DNA of 64,000 nt from an uncultured virus (IMG/VR IMGVR_UViG_643348570_000002). Lineage: Duplodnaviria > Heunggongvirae > Uroviricota > Caudoviricetes. Numbering within the stretch: the first letter of the stretch is position 1; each line of letters opens with the position of its first letter. Shown one piece after another: positions 18,638 through 28,414 of this stretch. The stretch lies in IMG/VR virus record IMGVR_UViG_643348570_000002. One strand, given 5' to 3'. Under the pieces are notes generated by a model. The model ran no database searches. It was not told where the DNA came from and saw only the letters and a list, made by a program, of their open reading frames with translations. Made by a program: the position numbers and the translations under genes.

Positions 18638-19660
18638 TCAGTTCGAGGTCAGGATCCGCACCGCGAGACGCGGGCGCTTGTTGACCGGCAGGATGTTGGC
18701 CTCGGTCATGAGATCGATCCAGCGGCCCTTCGGATCGAGGAGCTGGCGGGCATAGATCGGCTGGCCGATCGTGTTGACGGCTTCCAGAAGATCGGCCGGG
18801 GCGCCGTAGGTGCGGAACGTGTCCATCGTGCCGAGCGGGAAGGCCGTGCCCTCCTGTGCCGGCACCAGCCGCTCGGAGGCCCCGCCCGCGAGAGTGACCG
18901 AGCCCACATATTCCTCGAAGAGGAGGCCCGCGAAGGGAAAGCTCCGCCGCACGTCCTGCCGCAGCGGCTGCGCCCCGCTCGAGGCATAGTATTTGTAGGC
19001 CTCCTCGACCTTCGGATGGCCGATCAGCTTGTCGAAGAACTCGGGGCTCACGAGGGCGGTGACGCCGGTCATAGATTCGCCCTTGAGCTCCTCCTCGACC
19101 GCCCGCAGCACCTCGCGGCACTTGGCCTGGACGTTCGTCCCGGCGGTGCCGAGGAGGAAGTCCACCGAGATCTGCACCAGCCCGAACTCGGCGAAGTAGT
19201 CGTAGAGCGTGAGGCCGGCCCCGTCCTTCACCACGCCCCGGAGCGCGTTCATCTCCATATATTCCCGCGTCGCCGCGTGCTTGCGGCGCATGAGCGCGAG
19301 CTTGCGCGTCATGACCTCGGCCAGAGGATCGGCCTGCCCGGTCGACCCCAGCGCGGGCTGGCCCTGCACATCGGCCGCGGTGATCACATCGTCATGCGGA
19401 ATGTGGGGCAGCGCGAAGGAGCGCATCGAGCGGCGCTCGCGGCCGCCCACCGTCGCGGGCCCGCCCCAGGGCTGGGACGGCAGGAGCGAGAGCACGCCCT
19501 CGGCCTGCTCGATGATCACGCTGCGCTGGGTCACGCCCTCGAACTGGAAGAGGCCCATCTGGCCGAGGCGGGTGTAGAGGTTCGGCAGGATGTTGATGGC
19601 CTGGGTCATCTCGGCCAGCGAATAGCCGCCGGCGTCGAACGGATTGCGGGTGATCGTCAT
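18638..19660 (-). CDS. Major capsid protein (lambda gpE family)
   Basis: 340 aa, FALPHIPHDD and TREYM..NALRG motifs; synteny. Confidence 0.92.
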   Translation of the reverse strand: MTITRNPFDAGGYSLAEMTQAINILPNLYTRLGQMGLFQFEGVTQRSVIIEQAEGVLSLLPSQPWGGPATVGGRERRSMRSFALPHIPHDDVITAADVQGQPALGSTGQADPLAEVMTRKLALMRRKHAATREYMEMNALRGVVKDGAGLTLYDYFAEFGLVQISVDFLLGTAGTNVQAKCREVLRAVEEELKGESMTGVTALVSPEFFDKLIGHPKVEEAYKYYASSGAQPLRQDVRRSFPFAGLLFEEYVGSVTLAGGASERLVPAQEGTAFPLGTMDTFRTYGAPADLLEAVNTIGQPIYARQLLDPKGRWIDLMTEANILPVNKRPRLAVRILTSN

Positions 19661-19740
19661 GATCGGGCTCCTTCAGGAACGGGGATCGGCGCCGGGCGGG
19701 TCGCCGGGAGAATGGATGGGACGGGAGGGGCGGTCGGGGC

Positions 19741-20130
19741 TCAGGCCGTGTCGCGCACGACGAGGCCGAGATCGGTGAGCTCGGCAATCCTGCCGGCACG
19801 CTGGCTCTCCTCCTCGAGGCTCGCATCGAAGACCAGCTCCGCGCGGGAGAGGATCGCGGGGCCGCGGCGGAGGACGGTGCCGCGGCGTTCGCCGTCCGTC
19901 GTGTCGACCGGCTCGAGCAGGACGGCCGCGGCCGCGGTCTCGCCGGTCTCCGCCGCGTCCGCGGCGAAGGCGAACCGACCGGCGTCGGGGCCGGTAGCGA
20001 CGAGGCCCAGGACGGCGCCCAGCGGATAGGCGGTGCCGGCCCGCAGCGTGACCGTCTCGCGGGTGAAGTTCGGCTCGAGCTCGTACTTCACGAGATCGCC
20101 GAGGCTGGGCGGCTTGATCAGGGGTGCCAT
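19741..20130 (-). CDS. Head decoration protein (gpD-like)
   Basis: LGDLVKYE..RETVTL..G.VLG motif; between protease and capsid. Confidence 0.85.
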   Translation of the reverse strand: MAPLIKPPSLGDLVKYELEPNFTRETVTLRAGTAYPLGAVLGLVATGPDAGRFAFAADAAETGETAAAAVLLEPVDTTDGERRGTVLRRGPAILSRAELVFDASLEEESQRAGRIAELTDLGLVVRDTA

Positions 20131-20270
20131 GGTCGGGGGTCCTTTCGGGGGTGAGGGCGTGCGGAAGCGCCCGCGGTCCATGGGGATGCGGGGGCTTGCG
20201 GAGCGGTGCGGGAGAAAGAGGGTGCGCGCGCGGGGAGCGGGTCTGCCCCCCGCCTCGCCAGCCGCCGGGG

Positions 20271-21614
20271 TCAGGCCCGGCGGCTGGCGGCCTGCGCTTC
20301 GGCGGTGCGGCGCGCGGCGGCGAGAAGCGGGCTTTCCTTCGGCCCGGCGGCAGCAGTCGGGGCATGGGCCACGAGGTCGGCCCCGTCGCCCCGGGCCGCC
20401 AGCCCGTCGAGCACCGTGCGGCGGAGGGCTGCGGCCGAGAGACCGCGGCGCATCGCGTCGGCCACATCGACACTCAGGCCGAGCCGGGCCGCCTGCTGGC
20501 CGATCTCGATCAGTTCGGCGGCCTCGGCCACGGCAACATTCGCGACCGGTGCTGTGCCGGATCCCTCCGCGGCATCCACCGGGGGCGCGTTGCCCTCTGC
20601 GGCCGTACCTTGCGCGGCGCCGGTCGTGGTCTCATCGGTCATGGTCGGGTTCTCCTTGGCTGCGGCCGGCGCGCCGGCCCGGGGGGATGTAAGGTGCGGG
20701 CGGGACAGGTCCGCGCGGAAGGCGGCGAAGGCGCTGCGGAGATCGGAGACCTCGTCGGCAAGCCCCGCGGCCACCGCGGCGGCGCCGTCGAGCACCTGCG
20801 CCTCGGTGGCGAGCGCCTGCTGTCGGCTGAGCCGCGCGCCGCGGCCGGCCGCGACCGTCTCGGCGAAGAGCGCGCGCGAGGCCTCGACGCGGGCCTGCAG
20901 GTCTGCGCGCACCCCCTCGGGCAGGGCCTCGTAGGGATTGCCGTCGACCTTGTGCCGCCCGGCATGGATCAGCGTGACCGCGACGCCGCGGTCGGCCATG
21001 GCCTGCGAGAAGTCGGCATGAACGAGGAGCACGCCGATGCTGCCCACGGCGCCCGTGCGCGGCAGCACGATCCGCTCGGCCTGGCTCGCGATCGCATAGG
21101 CCGCCGAGAGCGCCGCCTCGGCCACGAAGGCGCGCACCGGCTTCACCGCCCGCGCGGCCCGGATCGCGTCGGCAAGATCGAAGAGGCCCGCCACCTCGCC
21201 GCCATAGCTGTCGATCTCGAGCGCGATGCCGCGCACGGACGGGTCGGCCACGGCCGCGGTGATCTGTGCCATCAGCCCCTCGTAGGAGGTCGTCCCCGAG
21301 GACTGGCCGATCCAGCCACCGCGGTGAACGAGCGTGCCGGTGACTTCGATCACCGCGACGCCGCCCTCCACACGGTAGAGCGGCCGGCCCGCCTCCCGCC
21401 GGGCGTCGCCGGCATCGTCGAGGAGCACCGAGGCGCGCGGGGCGATCCGCCCGGCCTCGGCCACGCGGTCGGGCGCGAGCTCTTCGATCCCGCGCAGCTC
21501 GAGCGCCCCGTTCACGAGCCGGGGGCCGAGGCCCGCGAGGAAGGCCGCGCCCTTCACGGGATCGACCAGCAGCGGCGTGCCGAACACCCGGCCCGCGATC
21601 ATCGGATAGTTCAT
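20271..21614 (-). CDS. S49 prohead protease (gpC-like) with C-terminal scaffold
   Basis: DSYGGE, SAAYAIAS and GSIGV motifs. Confidence 0.92.
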   Translation of the reverse strand: MNYPMIAGRVFGTPLLVDPVKGAAFLAGLGPRLVNGALELRGIEELAPDRVAEAGRIAPRASVLLDDAGDARREAGRPLYRVEGGVAVIEVTGTLVHRGGWIGQSSGTTSYEGLMAQITAAVADPSVRGIALEIDSYGGEVAGLFDLADAIRAARAVKPVRAFVAEAALSAAYAIASQAERIVLPRTGAVGSIGVLLVHADFSQAMADRGVAVTLIHAGRHKVDGNPYEALPEGVRADLQARVEASRALFAETVAAGRGARLSRQQALATEAQVLDGAAAVAAGLADEVSDLRSAFAAFRADLSRPHLTSPRAGAPAAAKENPTMTDETTTGAAQGTAAEGNAPPVDAAEGSGTAPVANVAVAEAAELIEIGQQAARLGLSVDVADAMRRGLSAAALRRTVLDGLAARGDGADLVAHAPTAAAGPKESPLLAAARRTAEAQAASRRA

Positions 21615-23104
21615 GGCTCTGCCCTCCTGCCGACGTCGCGGTCCGCCGCGCGGCCGTCGTCGTCCTCATCGTCCTCCTCGTCGGCGCGCGCGCCGTCCTG
21701 TGCCGCGGGCGCGGAGGAGCCCTGCGCGCTCCGGCGGAAGTCGAGCCCCAGCCGCCCCTCGCGCTTGCGGTCGGCGGCGATCTGGTGGTCGACCTCCTCG
21801 GCGTCGTAGCCGCGCTCCCCGATCGCCTGCGACCGGCTCTTGAGGCCCGCGCCGATCTCCTCGATCTCGGCGCGGATGTCCTTCAGCGGATCGACCCATT
21901 GCCACTTCGGCGGCAGCCACTCGCAGGCGAGATAGTCCCGCCGCCGCCGCTCGTAGCCCGGCAGCCGCACCGCTCCCGTCAGCACCGCGAGATCGGTGAA
22001 GCGTGCCCAGACCGGGCGGCAGAGCTGATAGACGAGGACCGAATGCTGGAAGGCCTCCACCCGGCGGCGGAACTCCATGAGGGCGGTGCGGGCATTCGAG
22101 TAGTTCGCCTTCACCATGTCCTGCGAGAGATGGGCATAGGGGATGCCGAGGGCGGCCGAGACCTGCAGGAGCGTGCGGTACTGGAAGGGCTCGTAGGTCG
22201 CGCCCGAATCCGCGGGATCGGCCACCTTCATGTCCTCGCCCGGGTCGAGACGCACGATCTGCCCCGGCGCCACCTGATCGCCCAGCTCGCCCTCGAGCGG
22301 TGCCGCATCCGGATCGTTCGAGGTGATGAACATCGCATACATGGCCGCGACCTTCTTCCGGTCAAGCTCGGCATCGTCGTACTGATCGAGCAGGAAGAGC
22401 TTCACGATGGCAGGCGCGAAGCGCGAGACGCCGCGCAGCTGCCCGCTCTCGACCGGATCGACGATATGGAGCACATCCTCGGCCGGCACGCGCACCGTCT
22501 CGCCCGCAAGCCCCGGCTCGGTCGGATCGCCCGGATGGCGGCGATGGAAGTGATAGGCCACCCGCCGGCCCACCGCATCGAACTCGATCCCCTGCCGGAT
22601 CGCGCGCCCGCCGCTGAGGACCTCCGTCTTGCCGATCGGCAGCATCTCGGAGGGCAGGCACTGGAGCTGGAGCGGCACCGCGAGCCCGTCGCCGGGCCTC
22701 CGCGCGCGCAGGCGCACGAAGCATTCGCCGGTGAGGAAGAACTCGCGCGCGATGCGGCGCTGCAGCCCGTAGAAATCGGTCACACCCTCGGCATCCGCCT
22801 CGTCGGTCCAGTCCTGCCAGAGCCGCTGGAGGGCGGCCTTCCGCGCCGGCGCCGCGATGAGCGAGGAGGGCTTCACCCCGGTGCCCACCGTGTTCGCGGC
22901 CCAGCTGTCGAGCGCGCCCTGCGCATAGCCGTTGTTGCGCACGAGGTAGCGGGCGCGGGCGTTCATGTCGGGCCCGGCCGCGGCGAGAAGCGCGTTCACA
23001 TGGGCGCGTGCGGGGCGGAAGCCGCGCAGGCGCCGGTTGGCGAGGCCCGCATCGAACCCGCCGACCCAGGCGCCGAGCCGGCGCAGGAAGGGGCCCGCCA
23101 TCAC
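21611..23104 (-). CDS. Portal protein, lambda family
   Basis: RARYLVRNN, GQLRGV, ANYSNAR and WVDPLKD motifs. Confidence 0.93.
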   Translation of the reverse strand: MMAGPFLRRLGAWVGGFDAGLANRRLRGFRPARAHVNALLAAAGPDMNARARYLVRNNGYAQGALDSWAANTVGTGVKPSSLIAAPARKAALQRLWQDWTDEADAEGVTDFYGLQRRIAREFFLTGECFVRLRARRPGDGLAVPLQLQCLPSEMLPIGKTEVLSGGRAIRQGIEFDAVGRRVAYHFHRRHPGDPTEPGLAGETVRVPAEDVLHIVDPVESGQLRGVSRFAPAIVKLFLLDQYDDAELDRKKVAAMYAMFITSNDPDAAPLEGELGDQVAPGQIVRLDPGEDMKVADPADSGATYEPFQYRTLLQVSAALGIPYAHLSQDMVKANYSNARTALMEFRRRVEAFQHSVLVYQLCRPVWARFTDLAVLTGAVRLPGYERRRRDYLACEWLPPKWQWVDPLKDIRAEIEEIGAGLKSRSQAIGERGYDAEEVDHQIAADRKREGRLGLDFRRSAQGSSAPAAQDGARADEEDDEDDDGRAADRDVGRRAEP

Positions 23105-23310
23105 AGATCCTTCACCGCATAGGGCCGGATCACCCGGCGCGCCGTCTTCCGCGCCTTCGCGATGCGCCGTTCGAGATCGGCGATGGCCCGCGCGAGATCG
23201 GCATCGCTCTGATACTCCACCCGTTCGGACCCGACCGAGCCCGACCGCACGCCCCGGTGGCGGATGTCGAGCAGCCCCGTGAGCCGCCGCTCCATATCGT
23301 CGAGCGTCAT
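23101..23310 (-). CDS. Head-tail joining protein gpW-like
   Basis: 69 aa, RVEYQSDADLARAI; between terminase and portal; GGAGG RBS. Confidence 0.8.
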   Translation of the reverse strand: MTLDDMERRLTGLLDIRHRGVRSGSVGSERVEYQSDADLARAIADLERRIAKARKTARRVIRPYAVKDL

Positions 23311-25469
23311 GATCCCTCCATGTATCGCGAGCGCGAGGTCCGCGCGCGCCGGCGCGGGGCCGGTGCGGCCTCGGCCGCAGCCGCGGAGACCGCCACGGCG
23401 AACGGGTTGGCGGGCCCCGCCTCGGCCCAGGCGGGCGGCGCCTCCCAGTCGATCCGGTTCAGCCCCTTGAACTCCGCCACGGCTAGCGCCTGCACCGAGA
23501 GGTCGAGGGTCTCGTTGCGGGCAGCACCCTGGCGCTTCTCGTAGCCCTTGGCGCCGCGGCGCTCGGCGAGGAGTTCGTCGAGATGCTCCGCCTCGAACCA
23601 GGAGGGCACATGCTGGGCGCCCTGACCGCCCTCGAACCGGCCGACGGCCGCGAGGACGCTCTCCTTCATGCGGTCGGTCGCCATGTTCAGCAGCTTGATG
23701 CCGCGCGCCCGCCTGCCCTTCGAGCCCCGCTCGGGCGCCTCGTGCCAGACCCGGTCGCGCTGCTGGAAGCCGCCGCGGCCGATCGAGAGCCACCAGAGCC
23801 CGCCCTGACCGTCGCGCCTGCGCGCGCGCCAGAACTTCTCGGCATTGTCCGACCAGCCGGCCGGGCCGTTGAAGTCGATCACCAGCGCGCAGGGCTTCAG
23901 GCTCCAGTTCGCCCCCTCCACCGGGTAGAGACGCTCGGGCAGATCGAGGAGCGCATCGGCATCCTCGACATAGCGCCCGGGGTCGAGCGCCCGGTATCGC
24001 TCGTCGTCACCCTTCGCGCGCGGGGCATGGTCGGGAGGCTGCGCCACGGCGAACCGGTCGATCGGGATCCGCTCGCCCTGCGCGCCCCAGGCCATGACCA
24101 GCGCCTCGAAGCGGTTGCCCTGCACGTCGATCGAGACCGTGACGAAGCGCGTCCAGGCCGGGGCCACGCGCCGTTCCTGCTCGCGCATGTGCTCGCGGAT
24201 CTGCGCCGCCGTGAGGGCGCCCTCCTCTTCGGCCTCCGGGCGCCGGTAGGGCACGCCGATGTCGGTGTAATGCACCCGGGCGAAGTCGGTGTCGTCGCCG
24301 AGCGCCTCGAACCGCCGCCGCTCGGTCTCGTAGCGCTGGACCAGCTCGTCCCACGAGGCGAAGGCCGCGGCCGCCCCGTTCAGACTGTAGCTCGCGATGG
24401 GCGTGCGCCGGATGTCGGGATCGTCGATCCGGACCAGCGCCCGGCGCCCGTTCGCATCGATGTGGCGGCCCTCGTGCAGCCAGCCGCCGCGACCCTCGAG
24501 CGCGGCGCGGTTGAGGCCGACCTTGTGGCGATGGGCGATGAGCGTTCCGCAGTGCGGGCATTCCATCATCGCCTGCTCGCCGGCGGCACCCGGATCGAGA
24601 TCCGCGTCGTAATGCAGCCGGTCGAAGCGCGGCTCGAAGAGATCGCCGCAGTCCGGGCAGTCCCAGTACCAGCGCCCGCGCGTGCCCTCGTTGTAGATCG
24701 GCACGAGCCCGGCCGTGGCCGGCGGCAGCATGTGCGGATGGCCCGCATGCGGCGCCCAGTCCGCATTCGGGTCCACCGGGAAGGCGGGCGAGGATTCCGC
24801 CAGGACGCAGCCCCGGCTCATGAAGGTGCGGATCCGCTGCAGCGCCATGCCGAAGGGCGAGCCTTCCGGGCTGTCCTTCGGCCCGAGCTTCTGGGGCATG
24901 TGATCGTAATCGGTGAGCATCACGAGGCGCTGCGACCGGCTCGAGAGCTGGTTCGGCACCGGATAGCCGATGGTCAGCCGCATGCCCTTGAAGCGCTTGC
25001 GGCTGAAGGTGCTGTCGTCGCGCCCGGTCCCCAGGCGCTCGCGGAGCGCCGGGCTGTTCAGGATCGTGGGGTCGAGCTTCTCCTCGACCCAGGCGTCGGC
25101 ATCGGTCTTGGTCATGTGGATGACCTGCACCGGGCCCGGCGCGCAGGTGACGGCATGAGCCGAGACGGACTGCATCATCTGGCTCTTGCCGCTCTGCGAG
25201 GGCCCGAGGAAGACCACGGCCTTGAAGCGGCGCGACTGGGTCATGTCGGCGGGCTCGACGGTATAGGGCGTCACCGCCCGGTCGAACGGCACCCAGTTGC
25301 CCTGCACCGGCACGCGCATGTGCCGCTCGGCCGCCTCGGTCACCGTGACCCGGCTCGGCGGATCGAGGAGCGGCAGGGCGTCGGCCAGGATCTCCTCGGG
25401 CGCGGTGAAGGGCGGCAGGGGCGGAATGCGGGTGAGCCGCCCGATGCCGCGGTCGAGCATCTCGACCAT
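23307..25469 (-). CDS. Terminase large subunit (GpA family)
   Basis: GPSQSGKS Walker A, CxxC pairs, SIDVQ and RNETLD nuclease motifs. Confidence 0.93.
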   Translation of the reverse strand: MVEMLDRGIGRLTRIPPLPPFTAPEEILADALPLLDPPSRVTVTEAAERHMRVPVQGNWVPFDRAVTPYTVEPADMTQSRRFKAVVFLGPSQSGKSQMMQSVSAHAVTCAPGPVQVIHMTKTDADAWVEEKLDPTILNSPALRERLGTGRDDSTFSRKRFKGMRLTIGYPVPNQLSSRSQRLVMLTDYDHMPQKLGPKDSPEGSPFGMALQRIRTFMSRGCVLAESSPAFPVDPNADWAPHAGHPHMLPPATAGLVPIYNEGTRGRWYWDCPDCGDLFEPRFDRLHYDADLDPGAAGEQAMMECPHCGTLIAHRHKVGLNRAALEGRGGWLHEGRHIDANGRRALVRIDDPDIRRTPIASYSLNGAAAAFASWDELVQRYETERRRFEALGDDTDFARVHYTDIGVPYRRPEAEEEGALTAAQIREHMREQERRVAPAWTRFVTVSIDVQGNRFEALVMAWGAQGERIPIDRFAVAQPPDHAPRAKGDDERYRALDPGRYVEDADALLDLPERLYPVEGANWSLKPCALVIDFNGPAGWSDNAEKFWRARRRDGQGGLWWLSIGRGGFQQRDRVWHEAPERGSKGRRARGIKLLNMATDRMKESVLAAVGRFEGGQGAQHVPSWFEAEHLDELLAERRGAKGYEKRQGAARNETLDLSVQALAVAEFKGLNRIDWEAPPAWAEAGPANPFAVAVSAAAAEAAPAPRRRARTSRSRYMEGS

Positions 25470-26125
25470 CAGAGATCGAGCGCCTTCTGCGCGCCCAAGG
25501 CCACGACCTCGCCGGGCCGCAGGAGCGCGGCCTCGATCCGCGCCCGCGCGTCGATCCGGGCCGCATCGCAGCGCTCCTGCAGCTTCGCCACCTGCTCGGC
25601 CGAGAGGCTGAAGTTCAGCTCGCAGAAGTCCGGCAGCGTATCGAGCGCGTTGCCGAAGGAGACCATCAGCTCCTCGAGGAGCTCGCGCATCCGGCCTGCG
25701 CGCACCAGATCGCCCCGCTGCTCGGCCACGCGGTTGCGGTGATACTCGGCCTCGGACCATTTCTTCAGATCGTCCGCGGTGAGCTCCGCCTCCTCCTCGG
25801 CCTGATCCTCGTCGAGGTTGCGGAAGGCGAGCGCGGCCTGGGCGGCGAGCCTGTCGCCCTGCGCCTTGGCCGCGCGGGCGCGGGCATCGCGCTCCATGCG
25901 CCAGGCGTAGCAGTGCCGGAGGCGGAACTCGTAGGCCACGCCGTTCTGCCCGTCGGACATGACCGGCATCCCTTGCGAGATCCACTTCGTGATCGTGTTC
26001 TCGGAGACCGAGAAGGCGCGGGCGAGCTGCGCGCGGTTGAGGGTGCCGTCCTCCATCCCCTCGGGGAGCGGCCAGGCCGCGAGGTCGAGCACGCTCCCAT
26101 CGACGAGGGTGACGGTGGTCAGCAC
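25469..26125 (-). CDS. Terminase small subunit (Nu1-like)
   Basis: N-terminal wHTH LNRAQLARAFSVSENTITKW; upstream of terL. Confidence 0.88.
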   Translation of the reverse strand: MLTTVTLVDGSVLDLAAWPLPEGMEDGTLNRAQLARAFSVSENTITKWISQGMPVMSDGQNGVAYEFRLRHCYAWRMERDARARAAKAQGDRLAAQAALAFRNLDEDQAEEEAELTADDLKKWSEAEYHRNRVAEQRGDLVRAGRMRELLEELMVSFGNALDTLPDFCELNFSLSAEQVAKLQERCDAARIDARARIEAALLRPGEVVALGAQKALDL

Positions 26126-26200
26126 GGGCTTTCTCCTGTAGAAACAACAACAAGAACCGCAACCTGCACCCCGGCGGGATCGGGCGGTCCGATCTGTGAC

Positions 26201-26244
26201 GGGGTGCGAATTACCCGCGTGCGGACCCCTCGGGGGGAGGACCC
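26201..26244 (-). other. Putative cos packaging site (cosQ + cosN-like dyad)
   Basis: GGGTCCT (identical to lambda cosQ) at 26238-26244; 21 nt downstream is GGGTAATTCGCACCC; upstream of terS. Confidence 0.6.
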
Positions 26245-26253
26245 AAAGGGGGG

Positions 26254-26970
26254 TCAGCCCCCGAACCGCTTGCCGATGGCCCGACCCAGCGTCCGGCCGA
26301 GGTGCTGGGGCAGCTTCACCCGCGCCACATCCTCGGCGCCTTCGTAGAAGCCGAGACGCTGCTGATAGACCGGCACCTTCGGCGAGAGCACGGCCACGAT
26401 CCCCAGCTGACCGCCGGCCGTGCGCTTGTAGACCCCCGGCGTGAGGCCCGCCTTCGGCACGAAGTAGCTGGCCCGGCGCCGGTTGCGCTTCTTCGAGCCT
26501 GCCGTCGTGTTGGCCCGGGTATCGCCCTGCGCCTGCAGCGCCGAGAGCACCTGATTGCGCTCGCCGCGCGACCAGTTGCCGTAGGCATCGAGCCGGGCAT
26601 TGTCGGCCGGGATCACCGAGCGGATGTCGCCCGCGAACGAGAGCCTGCGGTCGAGGAGCGTCTCGAACCCGGTGCGGCCGCGCGGCCCGCCCCGCTCCTG
26701 CACCTTCAGGTAATGCCGGGCGCCCACGCTCGGGCGCTCCTGCACCGCCGCCTCGAGCGTCTGCGGCGTCGACCGCCAGACCATGAAGGCGTTCTTCGTA
26801 AACGGCGTCGGCCGGTCGAAGACCTGCCCCATCCGCTCCTGCACATGGCCGAGCACATCCTGCGCCGTGTCGTTCAGCGCCCAGCTCACCGCCCGGCGCA
26901 GATCCGGGCCGCCGAGCCGCGCCAGCGCCTGGCCGATCCCGCCATCCTCCATGCGAAGAGACAGGTCCAT
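26254..26970 (-). CDS. Phage late protein, gpZ-like minor tail protein
   Basis: ALNDTA...FDRPTPFT motif; GGAGG RBS. Confidence 0.65.
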   Translation of the reverse strand: MDLSLRMEDGGIGQALARLGGPDLRRAVSWALNDTAQDVLGHVQERMGQVFDRPTPFTKNAFMVWRSTPQTLEAAVQERPSVGARHYLKVQERGGPRGRTGFETLLDRRLSFAGDIRSVIPADNARLDAYGNWSRGERNQVLSALQAQGDTRANTTAGSKKRNRRRASYFVPKAGLTPGVYKRTAGGQLGIVAVLSPKVPVYQQRLGFYEGAEDVARVKLPQHLGRTLGRAIGKRFGG

Positions 26971-26988
26971 CGGCGCCTCCAAAACGCA

Positions 26989-27092
26989 GAACGCCCGGCG
27001 AGCGATGCTCCCGGGCGTTCCATTCATGCGATCAGCGCTTTCGCCACGTCTCGCGATGATGCCAATCTGCCGATTTGTTTGGGGCAGGTCAA
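26989..27092 (-). promoter_or_regulatory. Putative late promoter and attenuator hairpin (pR'-tR'-like)
   Basis: TTGACC-17-CAGATT at 27092-27064, then GAACGCCCGG...CCGGGCGTTC hairpin at 26989-27020. Confidence 0.55.
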
Positions 27093-27099
27093 GTCCCGC

Positions 27100-27621
27100 T
27101 CAGCGCCATGCCTCGCAGAGCGCTTCCAGCCCACGCTGGAGGCGGTCAAGCTGACGGGCCTCGGATCGGCTATCCACACGTCCCGGCATACTGCGGAGCG
27201 ACCTGTCGTCCAGAACGACATGTTGGATCACCGGTCGGGCGAAGGCCGGGACCTCCTCCCACATCGCGAAGAACTTGCGGCGGCGATCCACCCGCTCGGC
27301 CTCGCGGTCCCGCTCGCCCGACGCATCCACGCGGACAAGCGCCGCCAGCGGGTCACGCGCGGGGTTTCCTGCGGACGCCTCGAACAGTTCGGCCGCGATG
27401 TTGGCCTGCTCATCCGAGAGCTTGCCCTGCCGGTGGTAGCGCCCGATCCACGTCTCGCGCCGCGTCCGCATCACGCCGATCGGGTTCACGCGCTTGCCGG
27501 TCTTCTCGTCGATCTCGGTCACCTCTTCTATCCGCTTGCCCGCAATCTGCGCAGGCGTCAGCGGCCCGAGATCCCACGGCGCCTTCGCGAGCGTCACCTG
27601 CGCCACCTTCACAGCCATCAT
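27100..27621 (-). CDS. Putative late-gene regulator (Q position)
   Basis: 173 aa, last early gene before the late promoter; sigma-region-4-like C-terminus. Confidence 0.55.
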   Translation of the reverse strand: MMAVKVAQVTLAKAPWDLGPLTPAQIAGKRIEEVTEIDEKTGKRVNPIGVMRTRRETWIGRYHRQGKLSDEQANIAAELFEASAGNPARDPLAALVRVDASGERDREAERVDRRRKFFAMWEEVPAFARPVIQHVVLDDRSLRSMPGRVDSRSEARQLDRLQRGLEALCEAWR

Positions 27622-28205
27622 GCTGCATCCCCTTCCTTGACTTCTTTCTGCCCCCGGCCGGCATCGACCAGCGCGCGGGCCGCATCCCGGTCCCGCAGAT
27701 ATTGCTCGAGCCAGCCCCGATCCTCCGGGCTCGCCGTCTCCCGGTCGATCCGGTCGCGGGTCAGCTCGCAGCGCCGCGCGTTCTCCGCCGCCTGCTCCCG
27801 GATCCCGCGCATGTCCATCGCCATGGGCGGGCGGGGATGCTTCAGGAGCCAGCGATAGAGCTCGACCAGATGTCCGCCCGCCTCCGCCTTCGGCCCCTCG
27901 ATCGACGCGAGCCAGCTGGTCACGATCCGCCGCTCGGCCGCGGGCGGCTCCTGCAGCCCCCGCGCGAACTCGCGGATCACCAGCTCGGACGGCCAGATGC
28001 CATCCGGCGCGTTGTCGATCAGGGTCTCGGCCAGCGTCATGAGGTTGTCGTCGCTCATGTAGGCGAGGCGCTCGCAGATCCGCCCCATCGTCGCCTCATG
28101 CACCGCAGCGGACACACCGCGCCTGCGCGCCATCCCGGCCTGCTCGAGCCGATCCACCACCAGCGCCCTCACCCGCGCCCGGTCTTCCGCCTTCGCTCCA
28201 CTCAT
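27618..28205 (-). CDS. Replication-module protein
   Basis: 195 aa, follows the iteron cluster. Confidence 0.6.
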   Translation of the reverse strand: MSGAKAEDRARVRALVVDRLEQAGMARRRGVSAAVHEATMGRICERLAYMSDDNLMTLAETLIDNAPDGIWPSELVIREFARGLQEPPAAERRIVTSWLASIEGPKAEAGGHLVELYRWLLKHPRPPMAMDMRGIREQAAENARRCELTRDRIDRETASPEDRGWLEQYLRDRDAARALVDAGRGQKEVKEGDAA

Positions 28206-28276
28206 GGCCCCGTTCCCTTTCTCAGCACTGCCACGCCTGCCGCTTCGCCAACCGGTTCCGGGCGTTTCGGAACTCT

Positions 28277-28410
28277 GTTCTGTCTTGTCTCTGTCTTGTC
28301 TTATGCGCCGGACAGAATTCGGCCAAATGCGGCCGCTTCCGTCCGGTTCTGTCCGGTTCTGTCCGCATTCTGTCCCGATCTGTCCGCATTCTGTCCGGCG
28401 GACAGAATTA
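28277..28410. repeat. Iteron cluster, putative phage replication origin
   Basis: Five TCTGTCC copies at 10-11 bp spacing plus two CGGACAGAATT inverted copies. Confidence 0.75.
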
Positions 28411-28414
28411 ACCG

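Noticed and set aside
23307..26162. 951-aa terminase, and other extended starts in the ORF track (TMP 16466, cI 32502, int 52070, rep 53040)
   Set aside because: Extensions overlap neighbouring genes or regulatory DNA; downstream starts have RBS or translational coupling
28277..28410. CRISPR array (also considered 52015-52505 and 53751-53947)
   Set aside because: Repeats too short or irregular, no unique spacers, no cas genes; position fits iterons or binding sites
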